A DNA stretch of 64,000 nt from NCBI GenBank assembly GCA_973895155.1, contig OZ316898.1, forward strand, positions 1,118,751 through 1,182,750, in the 5' to 3' direction. Position numbers and translations under genes: made by a program. Below, one piece after another: positions 25,754 through 38,552 of this stretch (position 1 is the stretch's first letter; every line of letters starts with the position of its first letter). Source of the DNA: Marsupella aquatica. Taxonomy: Eukaryota; Plantae; Marchantiophyta. Below the pieces are notes generated by a model. That model made no database searches. It saw nothing but the letters and a program-made list of their open reading frames with translations, and had not been told where the DNA came from.

Positions 25754-26536
25754 TCACGACACACAAAGCAACGGGGGCTGTTGCCGCATGTTCAAGTTGG
25801 GAGGATGATACCCACGCGGTGATTCAGGAATGCTCTCCAAGGCTGGTCTCCATCCCATGTACATTTTAAGATTAAGCAGCACCGAGTCTCTGGCGTCGTT
25901 GGATTTGTCCATTGCGTGATCCTTCCTGTCTATGGGGAGCTCCGTTGCCTCTTCAACAAATAAACGTCTCAGAGCACCGCCAGCTGTGGATCGAGGTGCG
26001 TTCTCCGACTGTGATGAATCCGCCACTTTCCTTTGATATCGCTGTAAGAAGAACCGCGATTTGTCTTGCTTGAAAGGTGTTTCTGTCGGGGTTGCTGTCT
26101 CCTGATTCTGCTGCAGCCTGGCTGCCTGCTGGGCAACATCCTCGCCACTAGTATTCAGATTGGGCACTGAAATTTGCTGTGGTCTGAGCTTGGTCTTCTT
26201 GTTAGATAATGGTGAAGGGATGGGATGAACGACATAGGCTTGCCCTGGTTGCAGTATTTCATGCGGTTGCAGTATGGTCATATTGGTACGCTCCCCCTTC
26301 ACTCCCGACCTCACGGCGGAGCAGTGCATAACCATATGGTTAATGTACTCGATCATCAATTCCGCCGCCTCCACTGGTCCGTCTAGGAGTTCGATGTTTC
26401 CATGGGGAAGCAGCACCCGTACCTTTCTGACTTCTCCTCCTGCTCCTCCTGCTCCTCCTGCTCCTCCTCCTCCTGCTCCTCCTCCTCCTCCTCCTCCTCC
26501 TCCTCCGCTCGCACATCCCAATGGAGTGTTCCCCAT
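25754..26536 (-). CDS. DUF4228/PADRE-domain protein, predicted N-myristoylated
   Basis: First ATG gives MGNTPLGC. Then a Gly-rich linker encoded by a (GGA)n repeat, VRVLLPHGNIELLDGPVEAAELMIEY..H.V, LQPGQAYVVHP, and C-terminal WRPALESIPE. These are the DUF4228 hallmarks. Confidence 0.88.
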   Translation of the reverse strand: MGNTPLGCASGGGGGGGGGGAGGGGAGGAGGAGGEVRKVRVLLPHGNIELLDGPVEAAELMIEYINHMVMHCSAVRSGVKGERTNMTILQPHEILQPGQAYVVHPIPSPLSNKKTKLRPQQISVPNLNTSGEDVAQQAARLQQNQETATPTETPFKQDKSRFFLQRYQRKVADSSQSENAPRSTAGGALRRLFVEEATELPIDRKDHAMDKSNDARDSVLLNLKMYMGWRPALESIPESPRGYHPPNLNMRQQPPLLCVS

Positions 26537-28529
26537 CGATGCTTCTGATGCAATGCTCCCCTCGTTACTTGTGTCACTCTTTGTCACGCGGCCTCTTCGA
26601 CAATGTTGTAGTCCCTGAAATTATGAATCCTTCGAATCAAGAGGCACGCTATCTAGAGCACACTGAACGGAAAGGTTGGAGGGAGGCAACGACCTGTAAA
26701 AGATATAAATTATAACAAATTTGTCTGTCGAAGGACTTATTCGGACATGGATTTTGTTATATCTGCTGGCATACACCGAGAAATTACTGCTAACTGCAAA
26801 GACTACAGTACTTTAGTCATTCGACTTTCACGTCTGATCATGGAACGAACTGCACTGTTCTCATCTTTCAAGCACAAGTGTAACTCGTCTATGTCTCCGG
26901 AAACCAGTCGCTCTCACAATTCTTTGACGAAATCAGCACGTACCAGTCGCTGTATATCTACCCTGTTCTAACTAACAAGGCGCTTCGCTCGAACGATTGC
27001 CCGAGAATGTCAAAGAGAGCTGAATTTCGATAGCCTCGGACACTCCTTCCTTTGCCCCCGGTCCGTCTAACGACTGGCAACGTCCGGGAATTCAATGAAT
27101 GAAAGCAATCGACGATCGTGCAGATAATGAATCGACAAACTACGTGCTACTGGTAAACGCACACTTGAACGAAGCACCCACGCAGACTCCCGCCACCGCT
27201 GCCCATTCCGAGTTAGCCGAGTAGCAAGGCCTAGTTCCCAACTGTAGATCGAGTCCTCTGAACACACAATGTGCTGTACTGTTTGTAATTTAGTGCCCGT
27301 GCGCGTGCAGCGAACTAGAGACAAACTGGCAGATATGCGTTCCAGCCTTCAAGGCTCGGCGTTGTTCTGTGCTGCGTGCAGACACATGGACAGCCAGGCC
27401 AGGCCAGGCGAGGGGAAACGAGACGAGAAAAGACGAGACGAGACGAGACAGTTTGAATCGGGCAGAGGACACGGAAACGAAAAAGAGTTGAACTAGTGGA
27501 GAAATCGTCGAGGAGCAGAAGTACAGCTTTCTCGCCGCCATGACGAAGTGGGTCTGAATGCGTCGTCCAAGCCGCGTCGAAGGGAGGGAGGGAGTGATCG
27601 AACTAGGGGAGGAGAGTTATTATTAGGAAGCTACTCATGCCCTTCGATGTCCCGATTGATTGATTGATTACCGTCGAGGATTCAAGCTAAGAGAATAATG
27701 TGATTCTCATCAGGAGATTCATTTGTCTGGACTTCACTACTTCGTTTCTCTCGTGTGTTGTTGAATCTCTCTCCACTCCCCGTCCCCCTCCACTCCATCT
27801 CCTTCCTGGATTCCTGGACGCTCTGTGGTTGCCTCTGTTCGACGTGGCCCACAAAGACACAACCACTTCATGGCGTCCTGTACAGATCCAAAACTTACAT
27901 CCACATATTTATTTAGAATAACATTATTTAAAATAACTCTTAGTGATTAAAATTAGTTGGTGGACCCCTTGGCTAATAAAATCAAGGGAAGAGTCGATCT
28001 GAGCCGTCTCCATTTCTTATCTCCGAAAATCTCGTCCATCCATCATAATGGCCAATCTATGGCTCAAAAGAAAGATCTCAAATAGATTTATAGATGGGTT
28101 CTGTCTGTTTTGAAAATGGGTTAATATTTTTCAAAATGAAAACTTAAACAAATTCAAGCCTTCCTAGCCGTCGATTTTGTTAATTTTATGATCTTTGCCA
28201 TCCATTTTGTAATGCCTCTAGAAATCTTATTCATCCATGTTAGAAGACGATCTAGGGTGCAAAAGAAAGATCTCAATGAGATCTACGACTGGGTATCTTT
28301 TGTTTTAAGAATGAGTAAATAGTTTTGAGTATAAAATTAGATGAACTTTCAAGATTCCAGCCATTCCTCCTCCCCGATCCTGGGTTTCTATGTGCTCTTC
28401 CTAGCATTAATGGCCATACAATACGAGAGGTCCTTACATACCGGGAAATGTGGTTCAACAAGGAAGTTATCAAGTTAGTTATTAGTCATTATTTCTTATA
28501 TGAAAAATATTTTTTATAAATCTTTGAAT

Positions 28530-29140
28530 TTAAGTTTTAAAATTGGAAATGTAACTAAAATAGTTACATAATGACAGTTTTAACCATCTTGTTCTTTGCA
28601 TTTCCAATGTTTTTACTTTTCTTTTTACGGCACGGCGTCCCAAAATTTACACCCAAATTGACACAAACACGAATGAAAACTATAAGTTTCATTCACAAAA
28701 CCGACGAGACTTGTTTGTTGCGGTTGTTGTTGACGTGGCACGCTGTGGTGCCAGAAATTTTGGAAGGGACCTCTAGTGGGGTCCGTAATAATTGTATTTT
28801 AGATAACAAATAATGCTTTAAATAAAACAATTTGGTTTATCATAATAATATTATGTAAATTAATATTTAGTGATTAGAATAATTATGGACCCCATTAGGG
28901 GTCCTTTGCAAAATTCCTAGCTTCATAGCACGCCACATCATCATGGCACACTACAAACAGGAAGAAACTTGTTTCTGTATAAAATTAACTTATGCATTCA
29001 TGTTTGTGACAAGTTTGTTGTAAAAATTGGGACGTCATGTCGTAAAAAGAATGTAAAAAAACTCATGAAAATCAAAAGACAAAAAGATTGAGATAAAATT
29101 GTTCTTAGTCACGGTTTTATTTATATTTTGATTTTATTCA
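28530..29140. mobile_element. Fold-back/MITE-like element with ~260-bp imperfect inverted arms
   Basis: ~28530-28795 pairs with ~28880-29140. Examples: TTTTACGGCACGGCGTCCCAAAATTTAC vs GTAAAAATTGGGACGTCATGTCGTAAAA, and GGACCTCTAGTGGGGTCCGTAAT vs ATTATGGACCCCATTAGGGGTCC. Confidence 0.7.
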
Positions 29141-29235
29141 AAACATAAAATTTTCCCGGTAGTAATTTTCAATTTGACATTGTTGAGTCAAATCATAATG
29201 GAAACTCACATATAATATGGCGTTGGAAAGATCTT

Positions 29236-30742
29236 AGTGATGGACCTCGCCACCCAGCGCCCTCACCAATCCCAGCTCTTGCGCCTAAGTGCCCTTGGTG
29301 CCCGAACGCCTCCACGGAATACCTCGAGCAAGCATCCAAGTGCCTCTAGCACCGCCTGCGGCCCCTCCCATACGAAGCCGCACTTGCTCATCTACACGAC
29401 CGCTACTCAACGGTCCTCACTGTCTGCACAAGCAACCAAGCACCTCGGTAAATAACCCCATCGGATCTAGAACTCGCCAAGTCTAGCATCCTAACTCAAG
29501 CTCAACAGACGTTGGTAAATAGGTCAGCGATAGGTCCTCCCGATGCCATAAGCTGGAACCAGAACCCACGCCCACTGTCCGTCCAGGACAGCTCCTTCCT
29601 TGGGCGCGGCCCGGGTTCCCCCTCGTACCTATTCATCACCAACTGACCGCCCTGACCTCAGGACATGCTCATGGCCCAAATAGCGTAGCTTGTCCTAAAG
29701 CTTGTCCCAAGCTTGTCTCAACACATCGGGACCAGAATGGCCCCGACTCTAACAACCGCTCCCGGTTTGCCCCACTGATGGTCTAGGGACTGAGCGCCCT
29801 TGGGACTCAGCCTCCATACCAATTTGGCCTTGCCTCCCCAACGCAAGCTCCCTTGGGAGGCTGAACGCGGCTTGGCTGCTGTTCGGCAGTATTTGGCAAA
29901 CGGGCGAGATAACACCCGCAAACCACGAGAACCCATGGCATCCCCAGACCCAAATGAGATCAGGAGAGCGTAGCTCTCCTCAAGAGCTTTCCAACGCACC
30001 TAAGAAGTCCTCCAATGGACTTCCTGTTGGGAAGATATCGTCATTTCCGTTTGGCGGTTTCCCTTAGTGTCGCGACCGCCGCGGCTCACGACTTTGGCTC
30101 GCCCTTAGCCCCCAGGGAGACACCACTCCCCTCATATATGCTTCCGGAGAACTGCCACCCCCGGACTAGCTTTGGTCCCTAAACATTTGGCCCCCAACCC
30201 GGATCCCATCGCGCATAATGGGCGTGCCAGTTGGGCGTGCCACCAACTGGCAACGCCCATAACTTTCTTGATAGGCATCCGCAAGCAGAGTGCCTTAGCC
30301 CGTTGTGACCGGGCCAACCCAATGCTCATGCCTAGACCCTCAGGTTTGATTGCTGCTCAAGGCCCCCGACCGGCCCAACCCGGATCGGGCCATAACTTGC
30401 GCCCCAAGCGTCCGTTGCCAATGGTGTCAACTCCATTGGCCTTGGGCCCAAGAGGAGATCACTCCCAAGCCCTCGGAACTCAAAGCCCATCCGACGGTCC
30501 GGACGGCCATCCTTGAGCCCGGCCCATTTCTCCTTGACTCGACCAGCCATAGGCTAGTCCAAGTCCTTAGTTTGTGTCCCCAACTTGGCCCCTTGCCTCG
30601 CCAGTGCCATGTCTCATTGCTCACAAGTCTCCCCATGCTAAGTCCTCCCCGGATGGCCTATCCGGGCCTGGACCATAAGGGAGCTCGGCGTCGGAGTCAA
30701 CGACGCCGGAGCTAAGTGTTAAGGTAGTCGAGTTCCGCGACT
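29236..30742 (-). repeat. 3' LTR (1507 bp), termini AG...CT
   Basis: Aligns end to end with 36432-38552 once the 36901-37538 insertion is removed. Confidence 0.95.
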
Positions 30743-31181
30743 TGCACCCCCCCTTAAAATGGTCACGTCCGCGTGACCTAAGTAAACGTTCCAACACGCC
30801 TAGACCACTTTGGGTCTTAAAAAATTTTTATGAGGTAACAAATGGTTTGCCCACAAGGCTGATGTAAACCAGGTTGGTATGCGCATTCCAAACTTAGGAA
30901 ATTCCAACCTATCCCACTTATCCAAGTAGGATGCCAGTCCAAACGGGTAAGCTAACTCCAAACTCATCGGACCCATTGTCCTCCCCTTGGGGCGCTCCCC
31001 TTTAGTTCAAACTAGCCTGCCCACAGATGTAGGGCGGGCACCATTAACTTCCACTCGCAAAAAGCAAATTGGCCGCCCAACGACCTCTAGCACCAACGCA
31101 ATCTGACTTTATCCTTAAGAGGCCGAGAGGAGTGAAACTAGAATACAACTCACAAAGGTAGCTACAATTGCCTGTACGAGC

Positions 31182-34100
31182 TCACAACGGCGGTAGGCCG
31201 CTTCGCTTACGATAGCTTCCAAGGATTTCTGAGGCATTACCCAAATTTTCTTCCGGCTCCCAAGTACTCTCGGCCTGGTCATAGCCAGCCCACTTCACCA
31301 AATACTCTAAAACTTGTCTTCCCAACTTGCGTTTGTAACGGTGGTCCAGAATTGCCTCCACCTCGAACTCCTCCGCGTCCTCCACCAGCATGGCGTCCGG
31401 ACGCAAGACCTGATCCCGGTTGGGATCATCCTCTTTGACAAACTTCTTGAGCCAGCTAACATGGTAGCTTTTGCCCACGCCCATTTCCTTGGGTGTCTCC
31501 AACACCACCGAAACCGGATTATCCTTGTGGGCCCATTGTATGATGCGATAGGGCCCCGCGTATCTGGGAGCCAGCTTCCTACTTATGTTCTCGTGGTGTT
31601 GCTCAGGTCTCAGCTGCAACCAGACACTCTCCCCAATTTCAAAGCTTACCTGGCGTCGATGTTTATCCCCTTGCTCCTTGTACCGACTTTGGGCAAGGGT
31701 CATACCCTTGGTAGCCGCTTCCACAACTAGGCACCACTCTCGAATAAAATTGTCCGCAGAAGGAACCTTGCTTTTCGTCCGCCAAGCTTTCGGATTTATA
31801 AACCAGGAGGGCGCCCTTGGCGTCCTCCCTGTGGCCAACACAAACGGCACAAACCCAGTCGCCAAATGCTTGGTCGAGTTATACCTAAACTCGGCCATTG
31901 TTAAATGCTTCGCCCAATCCTTCTGATTGGCTGTCACAAAGTGACGTAAGTAGTCCTCCACGATACCGTTAACCCGTTCTGTTTGACCATTTGTCTTATG
32001 ATGAAACGCTGATCCCTTAGTCAGGTCCGTTCCGGATAACCAGAACAACGCCTTCCAGAAATGGCATGTGAACTTGGTATCGCGATCGGACAGGATATGC
32101 AACGGCAATCCCCACTATCAGAAGACATTGTCAAATACTAGACCGGCAACCTCTCGGGCCGAAACCATCTTCGTAGTAGGCAAGAAATACACCATCTTGG
32201 AAAAACGATCCATGATTGTTAAGATGGAGTTACTGCCGTGAGACAGGTAATCCAATAATGAAGTCCATGGAGATAGACTCCCATGGAGCCGCAGCTACTG
32301 GTAAGGGTTGCAGTAGTCCTCCTTTTGCCCTATAGACCGTTTGGTTCTTTTGGCGCGAGTAATAACTTTGCATGTGTTGAAGGACCGATTGCTTCATATC
32401 CGGCCAATACACATCTCGCGACATGCTGCGATACATGGCGGCTTGTCCTTCGTGCCCTCCCTAGGGCGAGTTGTGGTACTTTTGCAGAACCTCTAGCCTT
32501 AGAGACTCTGGTATGTACACACGCCTCTGCTTGTATCGCCATAACTGGACATTATGCGTCGTATCCAACCCCAATGATACATGCCTTACCTTGCCCCGGC
32601 TACCCCCATTGCTTTGCCAATCCTTAGCTAACCTGTCATCCTCGTACGCTGCGGCCAGAACCTTTGGCCACTCGGATTCGAGCATTGTGATCCCATTGAC
32701 ACGATGTTGGTCCTTACGTGATAACGCGTCCATTGCCGTATTTGTCTTCCCTGGAAATTGAAATCCGCCAAGAACATCTGCCAGCGCATTTCCTTGGGGT
32801 TCAACCTTGGCTTAGAACTGAAGTACCCGGTCGGCAAACTATCTGTGTGGATTACCACTTTGGGACCGTTCTTAAGGTCAATCTCCCACTTCTTCAATGC
32901 GTAGATCACAACATACATTTCCCTTTCTAGCGTGATCCAATGATTTTCCAACTTACATGACTCGAAGGCCACAGGACACCCATCTTGGTGAAGACAGGCG
33001 CCGATGGCATAATCACTTGCATTTGTCCAAATCTCGAACGGCTTCCCCATCTTAGGTAACTTTAGAATCGGCGGCATTATCATTAACCGCTTAAGTTCTA
33101 GGAATGCTAACTCGCAATCCTGTGTCCACACAAATACTTTGTTTTTCAACGTTAGCGCATTGAGGGGCCTCGCAATCCTCGCATAGTCTTTCATGTATCT
33201 CCGATAGAACCCCGTAAATCCTAAGAAGGCTCTAACTTGCCTTACATTGGACGGACGCTCCCATTCTTTGATCTCCTTAAGCTTGTCCTGACTAGGCGTA
33301 ATCCCTTCCGGGGTAAAGGTATGGCCGAGGAACTGAATCTCGTTCATCGCAAACTCGCACTTGCTAGGTTTAGCAAAGAGACGAGCCTTACGAAGGCAAG
33401 AGAACACTTCTCTGAGCAACTGCTCATGCTCCTCCAACGTTTTCGAGTAGATTAGGATGTCGTCAATAAAGACGACCACTCCTTGGTCCAACAAGTCATG
33501 AAAGATGGTATTCATCATCTTCATGAATGTTGCGGTTGCATTACACAATCCGAACGGCATAACCAAAAACTCATAGGATCCAAACCTTGTGCGCATCGCG
33601 GTCTTATACTCGTCTCCCTTAGCCATGCGGATCTGGTAATACCCAGACCGCAAGTCCACCTTTGAAAACTTCTTAGCCCCGGAGAGGCAATCGAAGAGGT
33701 CATCCATATAAGGTAACGGGTATATGAGGTAATGGGTACTTGTTCTTTACCGTCTGCTTATTGAGGGCCCGATAATCTGTGCACAATCTCAAAGTACCAT
33801 CCTTTTTGGACACAAACAGCGTAGGCGCCCGTAAGGACTCTTACTAGGGCAAATGAACCCTTGGTCGATCAACTCTTCCAAGGCATTCTTCAACATCATT
33901 CGCTCATTCAGGTTCAGACGATAAGGAGCTTTAGCCTGAGGAGCCGATCCCGACTCCAACTCAACTTGGTGATCCACTTCTCTCCTCGGGGGTAAACCTT
34001 TAGGTAGCTTCTGCGAGAGCACATCGTTGAATTCCTCTAAAATTTCAAGAATTTGACCGCAGTCGGGCCCGACCTTAGCTGACTTGACCTTTGGCTGCGA

Positions 34101-36196
34101 CGCAGCCTCCTTAGTTGGGTGGAGATGAAAGAAGAAACATTCATGTCCACCCTTGAAGTCTTTCCACCATTGCTTCGCCGATACACACGGAGACATCCAC
34201 GACACTTTACTTACTTTAATAAATCTTTCTTTATTTTTGGTAATTTCGTGTACAACGATGGGCTCACTGCCCTTATTGGGAAAATGGAGCACCTCACCCC
34301 CCGGTTTCAAGGTAACATTGTGCTTTCTGAGATAACCTACCGAAAAAATCAAGTCTACGGCTAGACCATCTAGAACGTAGAACATCTCCTGACTAACAAA
34401 ATTTTGTTGTTCGCCTATGACCTCTACCCAAAGTCTATGCACTACTCTCGACACTATCCCCTTCGTGTCGTTGATGAACTTGCACACTAACGGTTGTAAC
34501 AACTCTTGCACGTCCACCCCCAGACGAGCTGCCGCTTGCCCACTTATGAAGCAGGCCGTCGCGCCTGTATCCATCAAAGCAACACCTAGATTACCGTTAG
34601 AAGTGACATTCATAAAAATCAGTTTTTCAGGATCCATTGTCTTAACTTTAGGTATCTTCTCTCGCAACAATACCCTCTCTCCGTCAGGGACATCCCCTAC
34701 AGGGACCTTGTCAGCTACAAAGGGTTCGGTTAGAGCGATACTTACCTTAATGCTCTTCTGCCCTCCACCATCTCCGTTTGGTTTGCCACCTTTCGTGGAA
34801 CAATCCTTACTTTGATGGCCCATGGCACCACATGTGAAGCACAAACCTTCAGCGCGCCTCTACTCCATGGTCGCCTGCTTCTTTGCTTTCTGTGCCGATG
34901 AGGCTCCTTTCTTACAGTTGTCGGCCTTCCGGTTTCGCTTAGCTTCTCCATTCTGGGGCTGGGGATCCGAACCACCGGCCCCCGCCCCCTCAGGTTGCTT
35001 ACACTTATTCCCCGGACCTTTTGCTTTCCTAGCTTCCCCCTCGGATCCCTTGCCACCCACCTTCGCCAAGTCCGGTCGGTTATTCACCAACGTAGTGGCC
35101 TTGTCGAAGGCGTCAGAAAGCGTTTTGAACTCATGACGCTTTTCCTACAACTTTTCCTTGAGCAACGGCGGGAGCTTCACGATAAAGTTGTGAAGCTATG
35201 TATGTAGGGTCTCTTGTCCCGCCGGGATACACGCCAACTGATTCTGGTAATAAGTGATGAACTTTTGGATATCACCCCTGAAGCTCATCTCCGTTATGCA
35301 TTCCTGAGCGTGCCACTTTGGGTACTTAGTGGTGACATGAGCACGGAGACCCTCAACCAGGTTTTCCCAAGTTAACGGCAAGGAGGAGTCCTCTCGCGAC
35401 TTCTTCCATGACTTGTACCAAGTCAAGGCATAGTCCCTCAGGTAAGGAGCGGTTGCGGTAGCCCAAGTGGAACGCTCAACGCACGCTTGGAGATGAATCT
35501 CCATCGTGGAGAGCCAACTCAGGAACTTTTGTCCACTTTGTTCGTAGGCCCCGTCGTAAGTTGGAGGAGTCGGTAGCTGGTTCACTTGGAACATACTCCG
35601 TCCAACTACCATTCCCCCCTCGGGACGTGACACACTCTGACTACCCAGACTAAGTAAGTACTTAATCTGGGCCCCCTTGTTGTGTTCCAACTGCTCATAG
35701 ATGAGTCGTTGGTCTTGAGTCAACGGACCCAGACCGTCAGACGGGTTGTATGAGGACGGTGCTCCAACCGCCTTTCCTTTGCGGGTCGCCTGTCCTTAGG
35801 TTCTCTTGTGGATTTTGGTGAAACCCCCCGCGTCTTGCAAGCACCATGACCTTCCGGGACTGAGGTATCACCCGCGTCATCCTGGTTCTGCTTGGTTAAA
35901 TTATCCACGATGATGTCCGGCTTGGCATTATCCTCTAGTTCCGCATTCAACCCTCTCAAGGCTGGGATCAGTTCCTCTTTCGGGTCCTGACCCTCTTCCT
36001 CTGTCTCAGCTTCAGCGTTGTCGCCGCTTGCGGTTGCGTCGGAGTCGTCATCATCCGACCCATCCTCTGAAGGATCCGCCGCCTCCTTCCCTTTAAGTTG
36101 ACGGCGTTCTGCACTTGACTTGTTTGCCGCAGCGGTCGACGGTTTGGCCGTTGCATCTTCTTCGTCTTGCTTGTAACGTTCGTCTAGGGAAGTCAA
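31182..36196 (-). pseudogene. Retrotransposon gag-pol with in-frame stops and frameshifts
   Basis: Gag 35196-35723; zinc knuckle CFTCGAMGHQSKDC; protease ALMDTGA; RT KVDLRSGYYQIR...MPFGL...FIDDILIYS; RNase H; integrase SDRD...GQTERVN; chromodomain FEVEAILDHR...YLVKWAGY...TWEPEENL. The coding sequence is split over many ORFs. Confidence 0.95.
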
Positions 36197-36431
36197 CCCG
36201 TCCTCCTTCTATTCATCGTGAACTTGGGCTCTCCCCTTGGTGGGGGGAGCCTGCTTGCCACTCTTTGCATGGGTGTTTTTCACCATGTTCCCAGCGACCG
36301 AATCTGCCCGCAGTCAACCCGCCGGGCACGTTGAAGCACTAAGTCCCCGCAAAAATCCGTTAATATTTTTGGATTCCGACTTAGCACGACCCCGGCCCGG
36401 TGTCTATGCCGGCAATCACTCTGATACCACA

Positions 36432-38552
36432 AGTGGTGGACCTCGCCACCCAGCGCCCTCACCAATCCCAGCTCTTGCGCCTAAGTGCCCTTGGTGCCCG
36501 AATGCCTCCACGAAATACCTCGAGCAAGCATCCAAGTGCCTCTAGCACCGCCTGCGGCCCCTCCCATATGAAGCCGCACTTGCTCACCTACACAACCGCT
36601 ACTCAACGGTCCTCACTGTTTGCACAAGCAACCAAGCACCTCGGTAAGTAACCCCACCGGATCTAGAACTCACCAAGTCTAGCATCCTAACTCAAGCTCA
36701 ACAGACGTTGGTAAATAGGTCAGCAATAGGTCCTCCGGATGCCATAAGCCGGAACCAGAACCAACGCCTACTGTCCGTCCAGGACAGCTCCTTCCTTGGG
36801 CGCGGCCCGGGTTCCCCCTCGTACCTATCCATCACCAACTGACCGCCCTGACCTCAGGACATGCTCATGGCCCAAATAGCGTAGCTTGTCCTAAAGCTTG
36901 GGCCTCATTCACAATTGGAGGACCCAAAAGGAACGTCACACTCAGAAGTGACCATAGTTTATTATGCTTTAGGACATCATTTGTAAGGTGTAATGAGATG
37001 ATATGCAAAATTTGATGTACTATACTTAATAAATATCCTGTAGGTTGGTAACATTCATTAAACTATCTAGCATTTGAAACTTTGAACCTTTCCTTATATG
37101 TCCTTCAAAGATCGATAAAAGGACTTGTCACGCAACGAGTCACATCATTTCAGGACTCGAAAGGACTCTAAAACTTGCATTTTAGACAATGAAATTTTAC
37201 CAAGGCATGCATACTAATATAATAATCTTATATTTCAAAACTCAAATATTGACACACACTAAACCTTTATGTACAGGACAAAAATAATTAGTAATTTTGG
37301 CTTATTTAGGGCCATCAATAATAGGATCCCTTAAAAAAGTTAAAAACTTGATTTATCTACATGGTGAGGTAGGTTACACCATGTAAAATATTCTTGTGAA
37401 AAAATTAGACTTAAATGTCTTGAGATAAAATCATGATAAAGCTTTTTCCATGTTACGAAAGTCATTTTTCACTAAAAAAACATGTTTTTGAGTCCTGAAA
37501 GTGGTTCCTGTAAGGTACACCCAATTGTGAATGAGGCCCTTGTCCCAATCTTGTCTCAACACGTTGGGACCAGAATGGCCCCGACTCTAACAACCGCTCC
37601 CGGTTTGCCCCACTGATGGTCTAGGGACTGAGCGCCCTTGGGACTCAACCTCCATACCTACTTGGCCTTGCCTTCCCAACGCAAGCTCCCTTGGGAGGCT
37701 GAACGCGGCTTGGCTGCTGTTCGGCAAGATTTGGCAAACGGACGAGCTAACACCCGCAAACCACGAGAACCCATGGCACCCCCAGACCCAGCTAAGCACG
37801 CCCTCCTTAAGAGCTTTCCAATGCACCTAAGAAGTCCTCCAACGGACTTCCCGTTGGGAAGATATCGTCATTTCTGTTTGGCGGTTTCCCTTAGTGTCGC
37901 GACCGCCGCGGCTCACGACTTTGGCTTGCCCTTAGCCCCAGGGAGACACCACTCCCCTCATATATACTTCTGGAGACCTGCCACCCCGGACCAGCTTTGG
38001 TCCCTAAACATTTGGCCCCCAACCCGGATCCCATCGCGCATAATGGGCGCGCCACCAACTGGCAACGCCCGTAACTTTCTTGATAGGCATCTGAAGCGGA
38101 GTGCCTTAGCCCGTTGTGAGCGGGCTGACCCAGTGCTCATGCCTAGACCCTCAGGTCTGATCGCCGCTCGGGCCCCCGACCGGCCCAACTCGGATCGGGC
38201 CACAACTTGCGTCCCAAGCGTCCATTGCCAATGGCGTCAACTCCATTGGCCTTGGGCCCAAGAGGAGCTCACTCCCAAGCCCTCAGAACTCAAAGCCCAT
38301 CCGATGATCCGGATGGCCATCCTTGAGCCCAGCCCATTTCCCCTTGACCCGACCAGCCATAGGCTAGTCCAAGTCCTTAGAGTGTGTCCCCAACTTGGCC
38401 CCTTGCCTCACCAGTGCCACGTCTCATTGCCCACAAGTCTCCCCATGCTAAGTCCTCCCCGGATGGCCTATCCGGGCCTGGACCATAAGGGAGCTCGGTG
38501 TCGGAGTCAGCGACGCCGGAGCTAAGTGTTAAGGTAGTCGAGTTCCGCGACT
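36432..38552 (-). repeat. 5' LTR, interrupted by a TIR element
   Basis: Adjacent to the PBS with a 2-nt spacer; homologous to 29236-30742. Confidence 0.95.
36901..37538. mobile_element. 638-bp non-autonomous TIR DNA transposon (MITE) nested in the 5' LTR
   Basis: Perfect TIRs GGCCTCATTCACAATTGG / CCAATTGTGAATGAGGCC, flanked by CTTG on both sides. The empty site CTAAAGCTTGTCCCAA is in the other LTR at ~29695-29710. Interior is AT-rich and non-coding. Confidence 0.95.

Larger units (their letters stand above)
29236..38552 (-). mobile_element. Full-length Ty3/gypsy chromovirus LTR retrotransposon, degenerate
   Basis: TSD ATCTT at 29231-29235 and 38553-38557. 5' LTR 36432-38552, 3' LTR 29236-30742. 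PBS TGGTATCAGAG (tRNA-iMet) at 36429-36419 and PPT at ~30743-30757. Domain order gag-PR-RT-RH-IN-chromodomain. Confidence 0.97.

Noticed and set aside
26383-26618. Poly-Glu and poly-Pro ORFs
   Set aside because: Alternative frames of the GGA repeat in the DUF4228 gene.
34860-34862. Programmed stop-codon readthrough between gag and pol
   Set aside because: The in-frame TAG lies upstream of the Gag zinc knuckle and fits a CAG>TAG change. The element has many other stops and frameshifts.
37638-38525. 295-aa antisense ORF inside the 5' LTR
   Set aside because: It starts at TTG, has no recognisable domain, lies in GC-rich sequence, and is broken in the sister LTR.
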